Program-made: the position numbers and the translations under genes
Shown: piece by piece, positions 8,714-17,384 of the stretch
Position numbering within the stretch: position 1 is the stretch's first letter
Layout: each line of letters starts with the position of its first letter
Virus record (IMG/VR): IMGVR_UViG_3300028712_000007
Span: 1 to 36,078 of that record
Length of the DNA stretch: 36,078 bases
Origin: a virus
Taxonomy: Duplodnaviria > Caudoviricetes
Direction: 5' to 3' (one strand)
The notes under the pieces: generated by a model
Database searches by the model: none
Told to the model about the DNA's origin: nothing
Seen by the model: the letters and a program-made list of their open reading frames with translations, nothing else

Positions 8714-8771
8714 GGTTTGGCTTACCCCTAAGTTTAGCACGGATCGCGTCAGAACCCTAATCGGGGTTAGG
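8714..8771 (-). promoter_or_regulatory. Composite promoter/operator repeat, copy 5
   Basis: GGTTTGGCTTACCCCTAAGTTTAGCA plus perfect CCTAA-TCGGGG-TTAGG. Confidence 0.75.
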
Positions 8772-8991
8772 GCACGTGGCGCGCACCTTTCGGGATGGAG
8801 CGCCGGTCCCCGACCGTCACGTCACCTGTCTCGCGGTCCACGAACACCACTGCGTCGTTGAAGTGCCGTTCGGTGAGGATCACCGGCACGACGTAGACCT
8901 TGGCGGTGCCCAGGCCCGTGTCGGCGGTCGGCAGTCCGAACTCCTTCTCGACCGCACGCCGGGCACTCTCCCAGCCGATCTTGCCTGCCAT
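8767..8991 (-). CDS. Small protein coupled to the MuF-toxin gene; candidate immunity protein (Imm35/YrhB-like)
   Basis: 74 aa; ATG overlaps the MuF stop (TGATG); VFVDRETG motif. Confidence 0.55.
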   Translation of the reverse strand: MAGKIGWESARRAVEKEFGLPTADTGLGTAKVYVVPVILTERHFNDAVVFVDRETGDVTVGDRRSIPKGARHVP

Positions 8992-10364
8992 CACCCCTCC
9001 ACCCACGGTTTCACGTCCTCTGCCGGTGACCCTTGCACCAGGCTGTCCTGCGGCACCTTGTCGTCCACGCGGAGCCAGGCCACTTCATCCCAGTCGCCGC
9101 TGTCCAGGTACGACACGCGCCCCTCGCCGGTCTGGCCGTCCACTTCGTACAGCGTGGGCCAGCCGCGCTCGTCGTAGCGGACCTCGGCGTTCCAGACGTG
9201 CCCGCTCTGCGTGTCCTCGTCCCAGCCCGACACGATGAATCGGGAGCCGTCTGGTTGCGCGCGCATCTGCGTGAGCGCCTGCTTCGCCTCGACCGGGTAG
9301 GAGAAGGCGTCGGTCGCGGAGCCGAAGGCGTTGCGCCACTGCGCCGCGATGTTGTACTCGCTGGCGTTCTCGTCGGCCAGCAGGTTGCCGCCCGGCACCG
9401 GCAGGGCGCGCACGTCGTAGCCCCGGGCGCGCAGTTCCATCGCCTGCACGACGCGCGCACAGTTCGCGTTGTACTTCGGGTTCTCGGGATCGAGGAACCA
9501 GCCGGGGTTCACGGCGCGGGTGAGCGCTTCGCCGTTCGCGGCCATGTCCCAGTAGCCCTGCGGGTCGAAGTCGAGCGCGCCGAACTCCTGGCTCTGGAAC
9601 TGCCCTTCCGGCGCGGTGGTCACGCACCGGCAGTTCACCGTCAGGTACGTGGGCGCACTGCGGTCGCCGGGGTACATCAGCGAGAAGCCGTCGATGACGA
9701 ACGGCTGGCCGATGGGCACCACCTGCCGGTCGGCGGCGGCGTGGGCGTCGCGCACCCGCTCGTCGCGGCGCGTGACCCACATCTTCGTGGGCATCCCTGC
9801 CTGCCGCATCTGCTCGGTCGAGAGGTTGCCGTACAGGCCGGTGACGGCAGTGCGGGCATCGCGGCGCATCCGGGCGACCCACGAGATGCCCTCCTCGTCC
9901 AGATTCGCGGTGCGCCGGTAGATCGGCCTGCCGTCCTGGTCGTACTTGAGGATCGGTGCGGCGGCTGTCAGAAACGTCTCACCGCTGTCCATGCTCAGCG
10001 CCGCCCGCAGTGCCGCCTCCTCGTCTGCGGCGGTCCACGCTTGCTCGGTGGAGCGGGAGAGCACGGCCATCGCACTCGACCACGCCTCATCGGGGGTCGG
10101 GCTGTCGGCCAGGGTGACCGCGACGTACTCAGCGACTTCGGGCGGGAGCCGCCGCGACAGTGCGACGGCCCCCATGTGCTGTGTCCATGCGTCGGCATAG
10201 AACGCGCCGCTGACGTAGCGCCGCGCGGTGAGCGTTTCTGCGAGCACGTCGTCCAGGAACTTGCCCATCTGGCTCAGGAGCACCGCCTCGACGCGGGCTT
10301 CCAGATGGGCCTGCTGGGCGAGGGCCTTCGCCGGGGAGTTCAGGTCAGCCAGCATCGCGGGCAT
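8991..10364 (-). CDS. MuF-like head morphogenesis protein fused to a C-terminal papain-fold (Tox-PL-like) domain
   Basis: MuF motif KMWVTRRDERVRDAH...YPGD...NCRC; C-terminus NANCARVVQAMELRARG...GHVWNA...VDGQ (C-H-D). Confidence 0.8.
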   Translation of the reverse strand: MPAMLADLNSPAKALAQQAHLEARVEAVLLSQMGKFLDDVLAETLTARRYVSGAFYADAWTQHMGAVALSRRLPPEVAEYVAVTLADSPTPDEAWSSAMAVLSRSTEQAWTAADEEAALRAALSMDSGETFLTAAAPILKYDQDGRPIYRRTANLDEEGISWVARMRRDARTAVTGLYGNLSTEQMRQAGMPTKMWVTRRDERVRDAHAAADRQVVPIGQPFVIDGFSLMYPGDRSAPTYLTVNCRCVTTAPEGQFQSQEFGALDFDPQGYWDMAANGEALTRAVNPGWFLDPENPKYNANCARVVQAMELRARGYDVRALPVPGGNLLADENASEYNIAAQWRNAFGSATDAFSYPVEAKQALTQMRAQPDGSRFIVSGWDEDTQSGHVWNAEVRYDERGWPTLYEVDGQTGEGRVSYLDSGDWDEVAWLRVDDKVPQDSLVQGSPAEDVKPWVEG

Positions 10365-10797
10365 CCTCCATCTCGCGCACCGGCAGGCCGAGCCGCGATG
10401 CGAAGCGGTATTCCAGCCCGCCCTCGCCGTGGAGGGTGTGCGGGGTGCCGGTCAGGACGAGGTCGTGGACGTACTCGTCCAGCATCGAGGTCACCTGCAA
10501 GCCGGTCACGTCACAGCACGTGCCGTGAAGGTCGAGCAGGGCAGGCACCACGTCCCACGCGCCCCGCAGGGCACGCTCGGTCTGTTCGTCGCTGGCCTGC
10601 CAGATGGTGTGGATGACGTGGAGCGGCCTGCCCTGCGCCATCTGGTAGCGCTGGCGGCTGGCCCGGGTGATGAACTGCCCCACCCGTTCCAGCGCCTTGA
10701 CGCACAGCACGTCGCAGACGGCCACGAGCGTCACGGTCTGCTGGTCGGGCAGGAGCGAGTATGCCCCGCAACATGGGCACGGCGATGGAATGTTCAT
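10345..10797 (-). CDS. Hypothetical head-region protein
   Basis: 150 aa between portal and MuF. Confidence 0.7.
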   Translation of the reverse strand: MNIPSPCPCCGAYSLLPDQQTVTLVAVCDVLCVKALERVGQFITRASRQRYQMAQGRPLHVIHTIWQASDEQTERALRGAWDVVPALLDLHGTCCDVTGLQVTSMLDEYVHDLVLTGTPHTLHGEGGLEYRFASRLGLPVREMEDARDAG

Positions 10798-10798
10798 G

Positions 10799-12532
10799 TC
10801 ACACCGGCAGGAGGGCGCGTGCGCTTGCGGCGATGTCCAGGTCGGGGCGCTCTATGCGCCGGGGCGGACCCCCCTCGGTGTCTGCGTCGTCGTCGGCGTC
10901 GGGGTCGGGTTGCTCATCGGCTTCGGCGTCGTCGTCGGCCTGCGGCTGTTCTAGGCCCGGGGGCACCGGCTCGGGTTCTTCGACGGGGATCGCCGCCCCG
11001 GAGAGCAGGGCTTCCATCTGCTTGACGATCACGTCCAGGCCGGGGTCGGTCATCAGCGAGGGATGCTGGCGCACCATGTCCAGCGACACGCGCCGGGCCT
11101 CGCTCATCAGGCTCTCCTGCGGGGCGTCGTCCTCGCTGTAGCCGTATGCGTCGCGCAGGGCCTTGTCGTTGATCGCGCCTGCCTCGTGGGCGACCTTGGC
11201 GTCCTCGCCCTTGTTCGGCGCGATGATCAGATGATCCACGCTGAACCAGACGACGGTGTTCTCGATGTCCTCCTCGTTGCGATTCATCTGGCGCATCACC
11301 GGGCGGAGGTACTGCGTTGTGAAGGCGTCGGCCACGAGGGCGAGCGGCGGTTCCAGGTGGGTGTGGACCACGTCCTCCTTGACGATCCACGCGCCCCAGT
11401 GATTCATCGAGCCGACGCCGAGCAGGAGTTCGGGGGGCGCATCGGCACCGAGCGCGAACCGGCGAATGCTCTCGTCGCGCATGTCCTTCGCCTGGCTGTC
11501 CAGCATCCGGTCGCCCTGATCCAGATACCGGAAGATCGCCGCAGACTCGTCAGGGACCGTCCACACCAGCGGCACGTAGGCGGATGCGTTGGCCCGGTCG
11601 CTGATCGGCGTCATCATCGCCTTGATCAGCGCGTCGGTGAATGGGTCGTCGGGGCCGTCCTCGGGTAGCCCTGCGGCGCGGCGCGCGGCACGGGCGGCAC
11701 TGTCGGGGGCGATGATGATGCCTGCGCCCGCCAGGCGAGAGTCGATCTGGGCGCTGATGTGCATTGTCAGCCCGACCAGTTCGCGGAGCACGGGCAGGCT
11801 GGAACGGGTGGGGCTGTCGGCCTCCCACGAGCGGCGCGGGTGCGGGTTCCACACCCGAATCGGATACAGGTCGTCGGCGCGTGCGCGGACCTCCTGGTCT
11901 TTGCCCACCCCGAGCGACAGGATCATGTCGTCGCTCTCGAACTTGACTTCGCTCACGCTGAGCATCCGCCACACCAGGTCGTCCAGGATCACGACGCCAT
12001 CGCCGCGCGCCGGGGGCGGTGCGCCCTCCTGCCGGTTCTCGGGCATCAGCGCCTTCGGGATGCCCACCAGCCAGCCGTCGCCGGGGACGTACAGGTTGAT
12101 CAGGAGCCTGCGCACCAACTGCGACAGGCCGCTCGGCCCATCGCCGATGGCTTCGAGCGCGTCGATCAACTCCTGATCCTCGGTCGGCACGGGCGGGTCG
12201 GTCGGGTCGTCGCTGAGCGTGCCCACGTAGAAGCGCGCCTTTGCGCCGGTGGCCGCGATGACCGTCGCGAGGAAGCGGAGTTCGCCCACGAGGTCGTACA
12301 TCTCCCAGGCGTCCTCTTGCCACTGCTCCGCACTGCCGGTGCGATGCGTGCGGCTGGCGAGGAGCGATGCGCCGGTGAGCCGGGTTGCGGCGGCGAGCAG
12401 GCTGTTCATGGGGGCGGGGCGCGTCGTGGGGATGCCCGGCTCAGCGACCTTGGGCGTGATCGCGCCCGCATCGGGCAGGTCGGCGGGGGTTGGCCCCCCG
12501 GGCACGGGGACGTATGTGCGGGGAGTGGTCAT
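10799..12532 (-). CDS. Portal protein
   Basis: 577 aa; WQEDAWEMYDLVGELRF, VWNPHPRR, SRLAGAGI, NHWGAW motifs of actinophage portals; located after terL. Confidence 0.85.
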   Translation of the reverse strand: MTTPRTYVPVPGGPTPADLPDAGAITPKVAEPGIPTTRPAPMNSLLAAATRLTGASLLASRTHRTGSAEQWQEDAWEMYDLVGELRFLATVIAATGAKARFYVGTLSDDPTDPPVPTEDQELIDALEAIGDGPSGLSQLVRRLLINLYVPGDGWLVGIPKALMPENRQEGAPPPARGDGVVILDDLVWRMLSVSEVKFESDDMILSLGVGKDQEVRARADDLYPIRVWNPHPRRSWEADSPTRSSLPVLRELVGLTMHISAQIDSRLAGAGIIIAPDSAARAARRAAGLPEDGPDDPFTDALIKAMMTPISDRANASAYVPLVWTVPDESAAIFRYLDQGDRMLDSQAKDMRDESIRRFALGADAPPELLLGVGSMNHWGAWIVKEDVVHTHLEPPLALVADAFTTQYLRPVMRQMNRNEEDIENTVVWFSVDHLIIAPNKGEDAKVAHEAGAINDKALRDAYGYSEDDAPQESLMSEARRVSLDMVRQHPSLMTDPGLDVIVKQMEALLSGAAIPVEEPEPVPPGLEQPQADDDAEADEQPDPDADDDADTEGGPPRRIERPDLDIAASARALLPV

Positions 12533-12629
12533 GGGGTCATTGTCCCACCCGCGTCAATAGGATGCTGGTGACCGGGCCGCGAGCGAGTTGACACCTGGCA
12601 CCCGCCACGGCACGCGGCCCGGTCACTCG

Positions 12630-12800
12630 CTAGTCGTCCTCGGTGCGCTCGCTCTTGCGGGCGGGCCTGCCGTTCGGGCCGACTGTGCCCTCGGGCCAAT
12701 CGTTGTCGGCGTTGGTGAACGAAGTGCCGTCCTCGTGAGCGCCGATGGGCCTGACTTCCCGGTCGTTGGTTTCCGGCTGGTCTTTCTTCGTGTGCGTCAT
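12630..12800 (-). CDS. Small hypothetical protein (56 aa)
   Basis: MTHTKKDQPETNDRE...; ATGA overlap with the upstream stop. Confidence 0.5.
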   Translation of the reverse strand: MTHTKKDQPETNDREVRPIGAHEDGTSFTNADNDWPEGTVGPNGRPARKSERTEDD

Positions 12801-13090
12801 CCCTCGATGATCCGCCAGACATCGTGCGCGGGCAAGAGTTCGGCGTTGTGGTCGAGGGTCGTCACGCGGAAGTGCGGGTGGTCGAGGCGCGCGTCCAAGA
12901 ACACCGTCACGTCCACGACGCCTTGCGGCTCGACGTAGCCTGCGCGCCGGTGAATCTGCGTCCGGTAGTGCGGCACGATGCGCGCCTCGACGGTGCCCGG
13001 CACGGGTACACCGTCCGTCTCGTGCAGGGTGACGATGCCGTCGTCGTCCTCGACTTCGACCTCGACCCGGATGCGCCGGACGCGGGCCAT
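12797..13090 (-). CDS. Hypothetical protein
   Basis: ATG at 13090 (TGATG coupling); MARVRRIRVEVEVEDDDG... Confidence 0.65.
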   Translation of the reverse strand: MARVRRIRVEVEVEDDDGIVTLHETDGVPVPGTVEARIVPHYRTQIHRRAGYVEPQGVVDVTVFLDARLDHPHFRVTTLDHNAELLPAHDVWRIIEG

Positions 13091-13503
13091 CAGTCCAGCC
13101 TCGACCCGATGTGCCCGACGACGTAGTTGAGCGAGAACACCACCGCCACAGCCCGCCACACGGGGGCGAGCGCTGGCACCGCCCGCGTTATGGTCAGGCT
13201 GAGCAGAACCAGCGCCCCCAGCCAGAATCCCACACAGAAGGGGCAATCCAAACCCTTGACGAGTTTCCCCTGCCAGGTGAGCGGGTCGTCACCCAGGCTC
13301 ATCTCGCTCAGGGGAGGCATCGGGTCGCGCTTGTACGGGTCGCGCTGTGCCCCGGCGCGCACCATCGCGTCACGCTCGGCTCGCAGTGCCCATTGCTCGG
13401 CGGGCTTGCGGAACCACCAGAAGCCGACCCAATCTGTTGTGACGACGCGCGACAGCCTGAGCGTAAAGATCAGCGCGAGCAGGTTATCCACAGACTTATG
13501 CAC
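13090..13503 (-). CDS. Membrane protein, DUF1360-like
   Basis: RLSRVVTTD...GLDCPFCVGFW plus hydrophobic helices. Confidence 0.7.
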   Translation of the reverse strand: MHKSVDNLLALIFTLRLSRVVTTDWVGFWWFRKPAEQWALRAERDAMVRAGAQRDPYKRDPMPPLSEMSLGDDPLTWQGKLVKGLDCPFCVGFWLGALVLLSLTITRAVPALAPVWRAVAVVFSLNYVVGHIGSRLD

Positions 13504-13504
13504 A
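13484..13504 (+). promoter_or_regulatory. Tandem DnaA boxes TTATCCACA-gac-TTATGCACA
   Basis: Two matches to TTATNCACA (13484-13492, 13496-13504), 3 bp apart. Confidence 0.55.
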
Positions 13505-13509
13505 GGTAG

Positions 13510-15150
13510 TCAACCTCCGGGTGAGCGGCGGATGCCGGTGCGGCTCGCCGTGTAGCGGTTGGCGATGGCGGGTGCGTTCCGCTCGCCGGGGACAGTAATC
13601 GTGACGCCGCCGCTTTCGCGCAGTTCGGTGAGGGCCTGCGTCATGGCGTCCACTTGGTCATCGTGCGCGCCCGTAGGGAACGAGCGGCATTCCGCGATGA
13701 AGTCGAGCACCCACGGCGACTCCACTGGATGCGGCAGGTAGACGTTCCCGCTCTCAATCTCGGGCGTCACACTGCGGGCGCGGGCCTCTTTGCTGACGCC
13801 GGGGTTGATCGCCTTGATGCCGCTGATTTCGTCGTGGAGGGTGTCGATGATCGCAGGCCCGTTGGCCTTGTCCTCCACAAGCCGCTGATGCACCTTGTTC
13901 CCGTAGTCGCCGCCCCCGACCCACGCCTTCATCTGGGCGATGGTGCCGGTGAACGTCCACCTGCCACGCCGCTGTGCGATGAGGTAGCGGTTCGCGCCGA
14001 GGCGCATCCACCGCTGGCCCACCACGAAGTCGCTGTCGTCGGTCGCCTTGAAGGCCATGTCCCACGAGTCGAGCCAGCGCGTGCCGACCGCGCTTGCCGG
14101 GTCGAGGTATCGCACCTTGCCGTCCTCCGTGGCGAGGGCGGGGTTCGTCGTCCAGAACCGGAACGCGGCGATGTCGAATACGGCTCCCTCGGCGGGGGCG
14201 GGCCGCTGTTGGAACAGCGCCGACCACGAGTACATGCCGACCGACCGCTTGACGCCCGCCCACCGGACAAGCGCCTGCTCGGGTGTCTCGTCGCGGAGCA
14301 GGGGACTCAGGAGCGGGTCGCCCACACTGCGGCCCAGCACGTCGTCCTCCTCAGCGAGTGCCGGGAACGAGATGACTTCCCAGTCGTCGGGGTCGCCGTC
14401 GTACTCCTTGCTGAGAAGCCGCCCGATGAAGTCGTCCTCGTGCCAGCGGGTGCCGATGGCCACGACCAGCGACGGCGGCTCAAGCCGTGTCTCGGCGTTC
14501 GCCAGCCACCACTCCCAGATCGCCTTCCGGCTCGCCTCGCTGTGCGCGCTCGCGAAGTCCTTGACCACGTCGTCCAGGAGCATGACGTTGAAGCCGCGCC
14601 CCGTGATCGACTGCCCCGGCGCACTGCGGCTGGTCACGCCGCCGCGATCTGTCGTCTGCCACTCGCCCACGGCCCCGGCATCCGGCGCGATTGCCAGGCC
14701 GAGCCGGTCGCCGTGCTGTTCGACCAGGCCGCGCACCGCCCGGCCCCAGCCTGTGGCGAGGGTCGGGTCGTGGCTGATGAGGCCGATCTTCCACTTCGGG
14801 TTCTGCCGCAGGAGCCAGACCGGCAGGTAGACGGAGGTCAGTTGGCTCTTGCCACTGCGGGGCGGCATCGACACCACGAGCCTGCGCGTGATGCCGCGCT
14901 TCACGTCGGCGGTGGCGGCGGCGAGCCGGTCGCTCAGGTAGGTCAGGTGATCGCGCAGGACGTAGCCGCTGTCCAGTTCCACAGCCTGCGCGGCGGGGCT
15001 GGGCGGCAGGGTGCCGGTGGCCGCGCCGCCCAGCGAGCCGAGCAGGGCTTGCACTACGGCGTCGGGCAGGGCCTCAACCACAGCGGCCAGGTCCGCGTCG
15101 TCCTTGTCGAGTAGGGCCTGGATCAGTGCCGCGTCGGGGGCCTCTGTCAC
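13510..15150 (-). CDS. terL: Terminase large subunit
   Basis: Walker A MPPRSGKS, Walker B MLLDD, GTRWHEDD, nuclease motifs DSWDMAFK, VEDKANG, HDDQVDA. Confidence 0.95.
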   Translation of the reverse strand: MTEAPDAALIQALLDKDDADLAAVVEALPDAVVQALLGSLGGAATGTLPPSPAAQAVELDSGYVLRDHLTYLSDRLAAATADVKRGITRRLVVSMPPRSGKSQLTSVYLPVWLLRQNPKWKIGLISHDPTLATGWGRAVRGLVEQHGDRLGLAIAPDAGAVGEWQTTDRGGVTSRSAPGQSITGRGFNVMLLDDVVKDFASAHSEASRKAIWEWWLANAETRLEPPSLVVAIGTRWHEDDFIGRLLSKEYDGDPDDWEVISFPALAEEDDVLGRSVGDPLLSPLLRDETPEQALVRWAGVKRSVGMYSWSALFQQRPAPAEGAVFDIAAFRFWTTNPALATEDGKVRYLDPASAVGTRWLDSWDMAFKATDDSDFVVGQRWMRLGANRYLIAQRRGRWTFTGTIAQMKAWVGGGDYGNKVHQRLVEDKANGPAIIDTLHDEISGIKAINPGVSKEARARSVTPEIESGNVYLPHPVESPWVLDFIAECRSFPTGAHDDQVDAMTQALTELRESGGVTITVPGERNAPAIANRYTASRTGIRRSPGG

Positions 15151-15689
15151 AGCACGGACACCAGTTCGGCGGTCGGCTGGTTCGCGTCGAGCACGACGAC
15201 CGCCGAGGCGTACTGCTGTGCATCGCGGAAGGCGTTGGCGGCACCCTTGGCCGCGCCCCTGCGCCAGCCGGGGGCCTGCGCACTGCCGCGCTCCTCACAG
15301 CGGGCGTCGAGCACAGCCTCGTCCGCGACAAGGAGCACGACGGTCAGTTCGGTGTTCTCACCGAGCGCCCGCAGGAACCCCGCATTGCCCAGCCGTTGCC
15401 CCTCGCCCACGATGAAGCCGAGCCACGGTTCCAGGTTCCGCGCCCACACCCGCGCGTCGGGGGCGACCGCCATGCTGAGGGCATCGGTGCCGGGGAACTG
15501 CTGGCGATGCTTGCCCAGGTAGACGCCGGTGACCTCGCCGGTGCGGTCGGCCAGGTAGTGCCCGATGAGCGTGCGGTGCAGGCGGGTCGGCTCGGGCAGG
15601 GCGGTCCAGGCGTTGGCTTGCAGGTACGCCTTGACGAAGGTGCTCTTGCCCACCCCGGGTGCGCCGAGCACGTAGAGCGCGGCGGTCAT
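15147..15689 (-). CDS. P-loop nucleotide/adenylate kinase-like protein
   Basis: ATG at 15689; N-terminal YVLGAPGVGKST; GTDALSM; EGQRL; RCEERG lid-like motif. Confidence 0.8.
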   Translation of the reverse strand: MTAALYVLGAPGVGKSTFVKAYLQANAWTALPEPTRLHRTLIGHYLADRTGEVTGVYLGKHRQQFPGTDALSMAVAPDARVWARNLEPWLGFIVGEGQRLGNAGFLRALGENTELTVVLLVADEAVLDARCEERGSAQAPGWRRGAAKGAANAFRDAQQYASAVVVLDANQPTAELVSVL

Positions 15690-16693
15690 TGCTCGTACTG
15701 CTCCTTGTTGAACTCGCTCCACGTCTTGCTCGGCAGGCGGGCGGCACCGGCCTTCGGGCGGGTGTGGCCGTTCAGCACCTTCTCGCCCTCCATCTCCCAG
15801 GCCGGGTCGCCCATCTTGTCCTCGCGCTCGGTGCGCTTCACGCGGGCCAGGGCTGTCTCCTCGGCGAAGGTGTGGCAGTCCTTGAGTCCCTTGAGCGCGT
15901 AGTAGACCACGCTGATGCGATACGCCTCGGCGCTCTGCTTCGACATCGGCGTGACGCCATGCACCAGCCGACGCCCGAAGAACGCCACGGTGAACATGTC
16001 CCGGCAGGGCACCACGATGTCGTACTCGGGAATGTGCAGATGGCCCCCGCGCACCCCGCGCCGGATGACCGGCATGACGGACCACGCATCGAAGTTGTTC
16101 CCGTCGCGGTGGTACGGCAGGCTCGACTCCTTGTTGATCACGCCGCTTGTCCAGAGGGATGACTTCGAGAGCCGCCAGTCCGGGAGCACCTGTTCGATCA
16201 CGTCGCGCCCGGCAACCTCAATCTCGGGGAAGGCGTAGCCGAGTTGCACCGCGAGCACTTCGCTGTAGTGCGCCAGGAAGGATGCCTCGTCCGGGTAGTC
16301 GCGGTTGAACGCGGTGAGCACGCACGCCTCCTGGCGCATCATCGGCTTGCGCGGTCGGTAGCCGAAGGTGACGCTCACGTTGCGGTTGCCCGTTGCCGCC
16401 CGATAGGTGCCCCCGCCCGTGGTGCCCCCGAGTGCGGGCTGGCTTGCCAGCACAGCGGCGCGCAGGGCGTCCGGCTCCGGGCAGGGGAACAGGCCGAGCA
16501 CGGGTTCGCCGGTGTCGGCGTCCGTCCAGAGGCCCCCGTTGTTCAGGGCGGCGGTGGGGTGCATCGTGCCCACCTTCTTGCCGGTCAGGGCGGATGCCGC
16601 ATCGCTGTCCATCACGCGCCGCAGGGTGTGGCGAGGAAGGGCGTCCAGCACTGCTAAGTCGCGTTCGGAAAACAGGCTCATTTCGGCGGTCAT
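15686..16693 (-). CDS. TET/JBP-family 2OG-Fe(II) dioxygenase
   Basis: WTSGVIN...YHRDGNN (HxD)...GGHLHIPEY...LVHGVTPM (distal H)...YRISVVYY (2OG-binding R). Confidence 0.8.
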   Translation of the reverse strand: MTAEMSLFSERDLAVLDALPRHTLRRVMDSDAASALTGKKVGTMHPTAALNNGGLWTDADTGEPVLGLFPCPEPDALRAAVLASQPALGGTTGGGTYRAATGNRNVSVTFGYRPRKPMMRQEACVLTAFNRDYPDEASFLAHYSEVLAVQLGYAFPEIEVAGRDVIEQVLPDWRLSKSSLWTSGVINKESSLPYHRDGNNFDAWSVMPVIRRGVRGGHLHIPEYDIVVPCRDMFTVAFFGRRLVHGVTPMSKQSAEAYRISVVYYALKGLKDCHTFAEETALARVKRTEREDKMGDPAWEMEGEKVLNGHTRPKAGAARLPSKTWSEFNKEQYEQ

Positions 16694-16694
16694 G

Positions 16695-17384
16695 CTAACC
16701 CTCGTTTGCTTCGGCGTCGGGCATCAGGTCGATCAGGTGAGCCAGGATCGCCTCGGCATTCGACTCGGTGCCGGTGCGCTCCCGGAGCACCTTGAGCCGG
16801 GCGGTGACGGCGGGGTAGTCGTCCTTGTCATAGTCGAGCACGATGAGCCTGCGCCCCTGCTCGTCGTACCTGTCGCTGTAGTCGCTGATCGTGGTGGTGT
16901 CGTTGGTGTTGTCCTTCGGGTCGTGCTCACCCAGCCGGTCCATCAGGTCGTCAATGTCGTTGATGTCGAAGCCGATGCCGGTCAGGCCCGCGTCGCTGGA
17001 AGCGAGGGTGTCCAGGAGGGTGAGCAACTGCGCATCCTCCCATCCGCCCAACTGCCCGGTGCGGTTCAGGGCGATGAGCGCGCCCCGGGCTTCCGCGTCG
17101 TTGCGGGATGCCCAGCCCCCTACGACCGGCACCATCCACTCGCCGCGCTCGCCGATCTGCACGCCTTCGGGCGGGGCCTCGCCGCGTGCCTTGGCGTCAG
17201 TCAGGGTCTTGGTTCTGCCGTGCCCGCTGATGATGTAGCCGGTGCGCTCATCGAGGACGATGGGTTCCACGTAGCCGAACCGCCCGATGCTCTCCCCGAT
17301 GGTGTCGATGGCGTGCGCCTTCGGGTTCGCCGGGTCCGGTTGCAGTTGGGCCAGCGGGTAGTACGTCAGGGTGCGGTCGGTCAC
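16695..17384 (-). CDS. ParB-like N-terminal domain protein
   Basis: GTG at 17384 with AAGGAG RBS; LQPDPANPKAH...SIGRFGYVEPIVLD...ISGHGR. Confidence 0.8.
   Translation of the reverse strand: MTDRTLTYYPLAQLQPDPANPKAHAIDTIGESIGRFGYVEPIVLDERTGYIISGHGRTKTLTDAKARGEAPPEGVQIGERGEWMVPVVGGWASRNDAEARGALIALNRTGQLGGWEDAQLLTLLDTLASSDAGLTGIGFDINDIDDLMDRLGEHDPKDNTNDTTTISDYSDRYDEQGRRLIVLDYDKDDYPAVTARLKVLRERTGTESNAEAILAHLIDLMPDAEANEG

Noticed and set aside
4000-8771. 29-bp direct repeats as a CRISPR array
   Set aside because: Spacing is 0.8-2 kb and filled with intact genes, the repeats carry -10 and RBS features, and no cas genes are present.
2725-12565. TAGGATGC upstream of both protease (2725) and portal (12558) as a late-promoter motif
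   Set aside because: Only two copies of 8 bp, at inconsistent distances (35 vs 26 nt) from the start codons.
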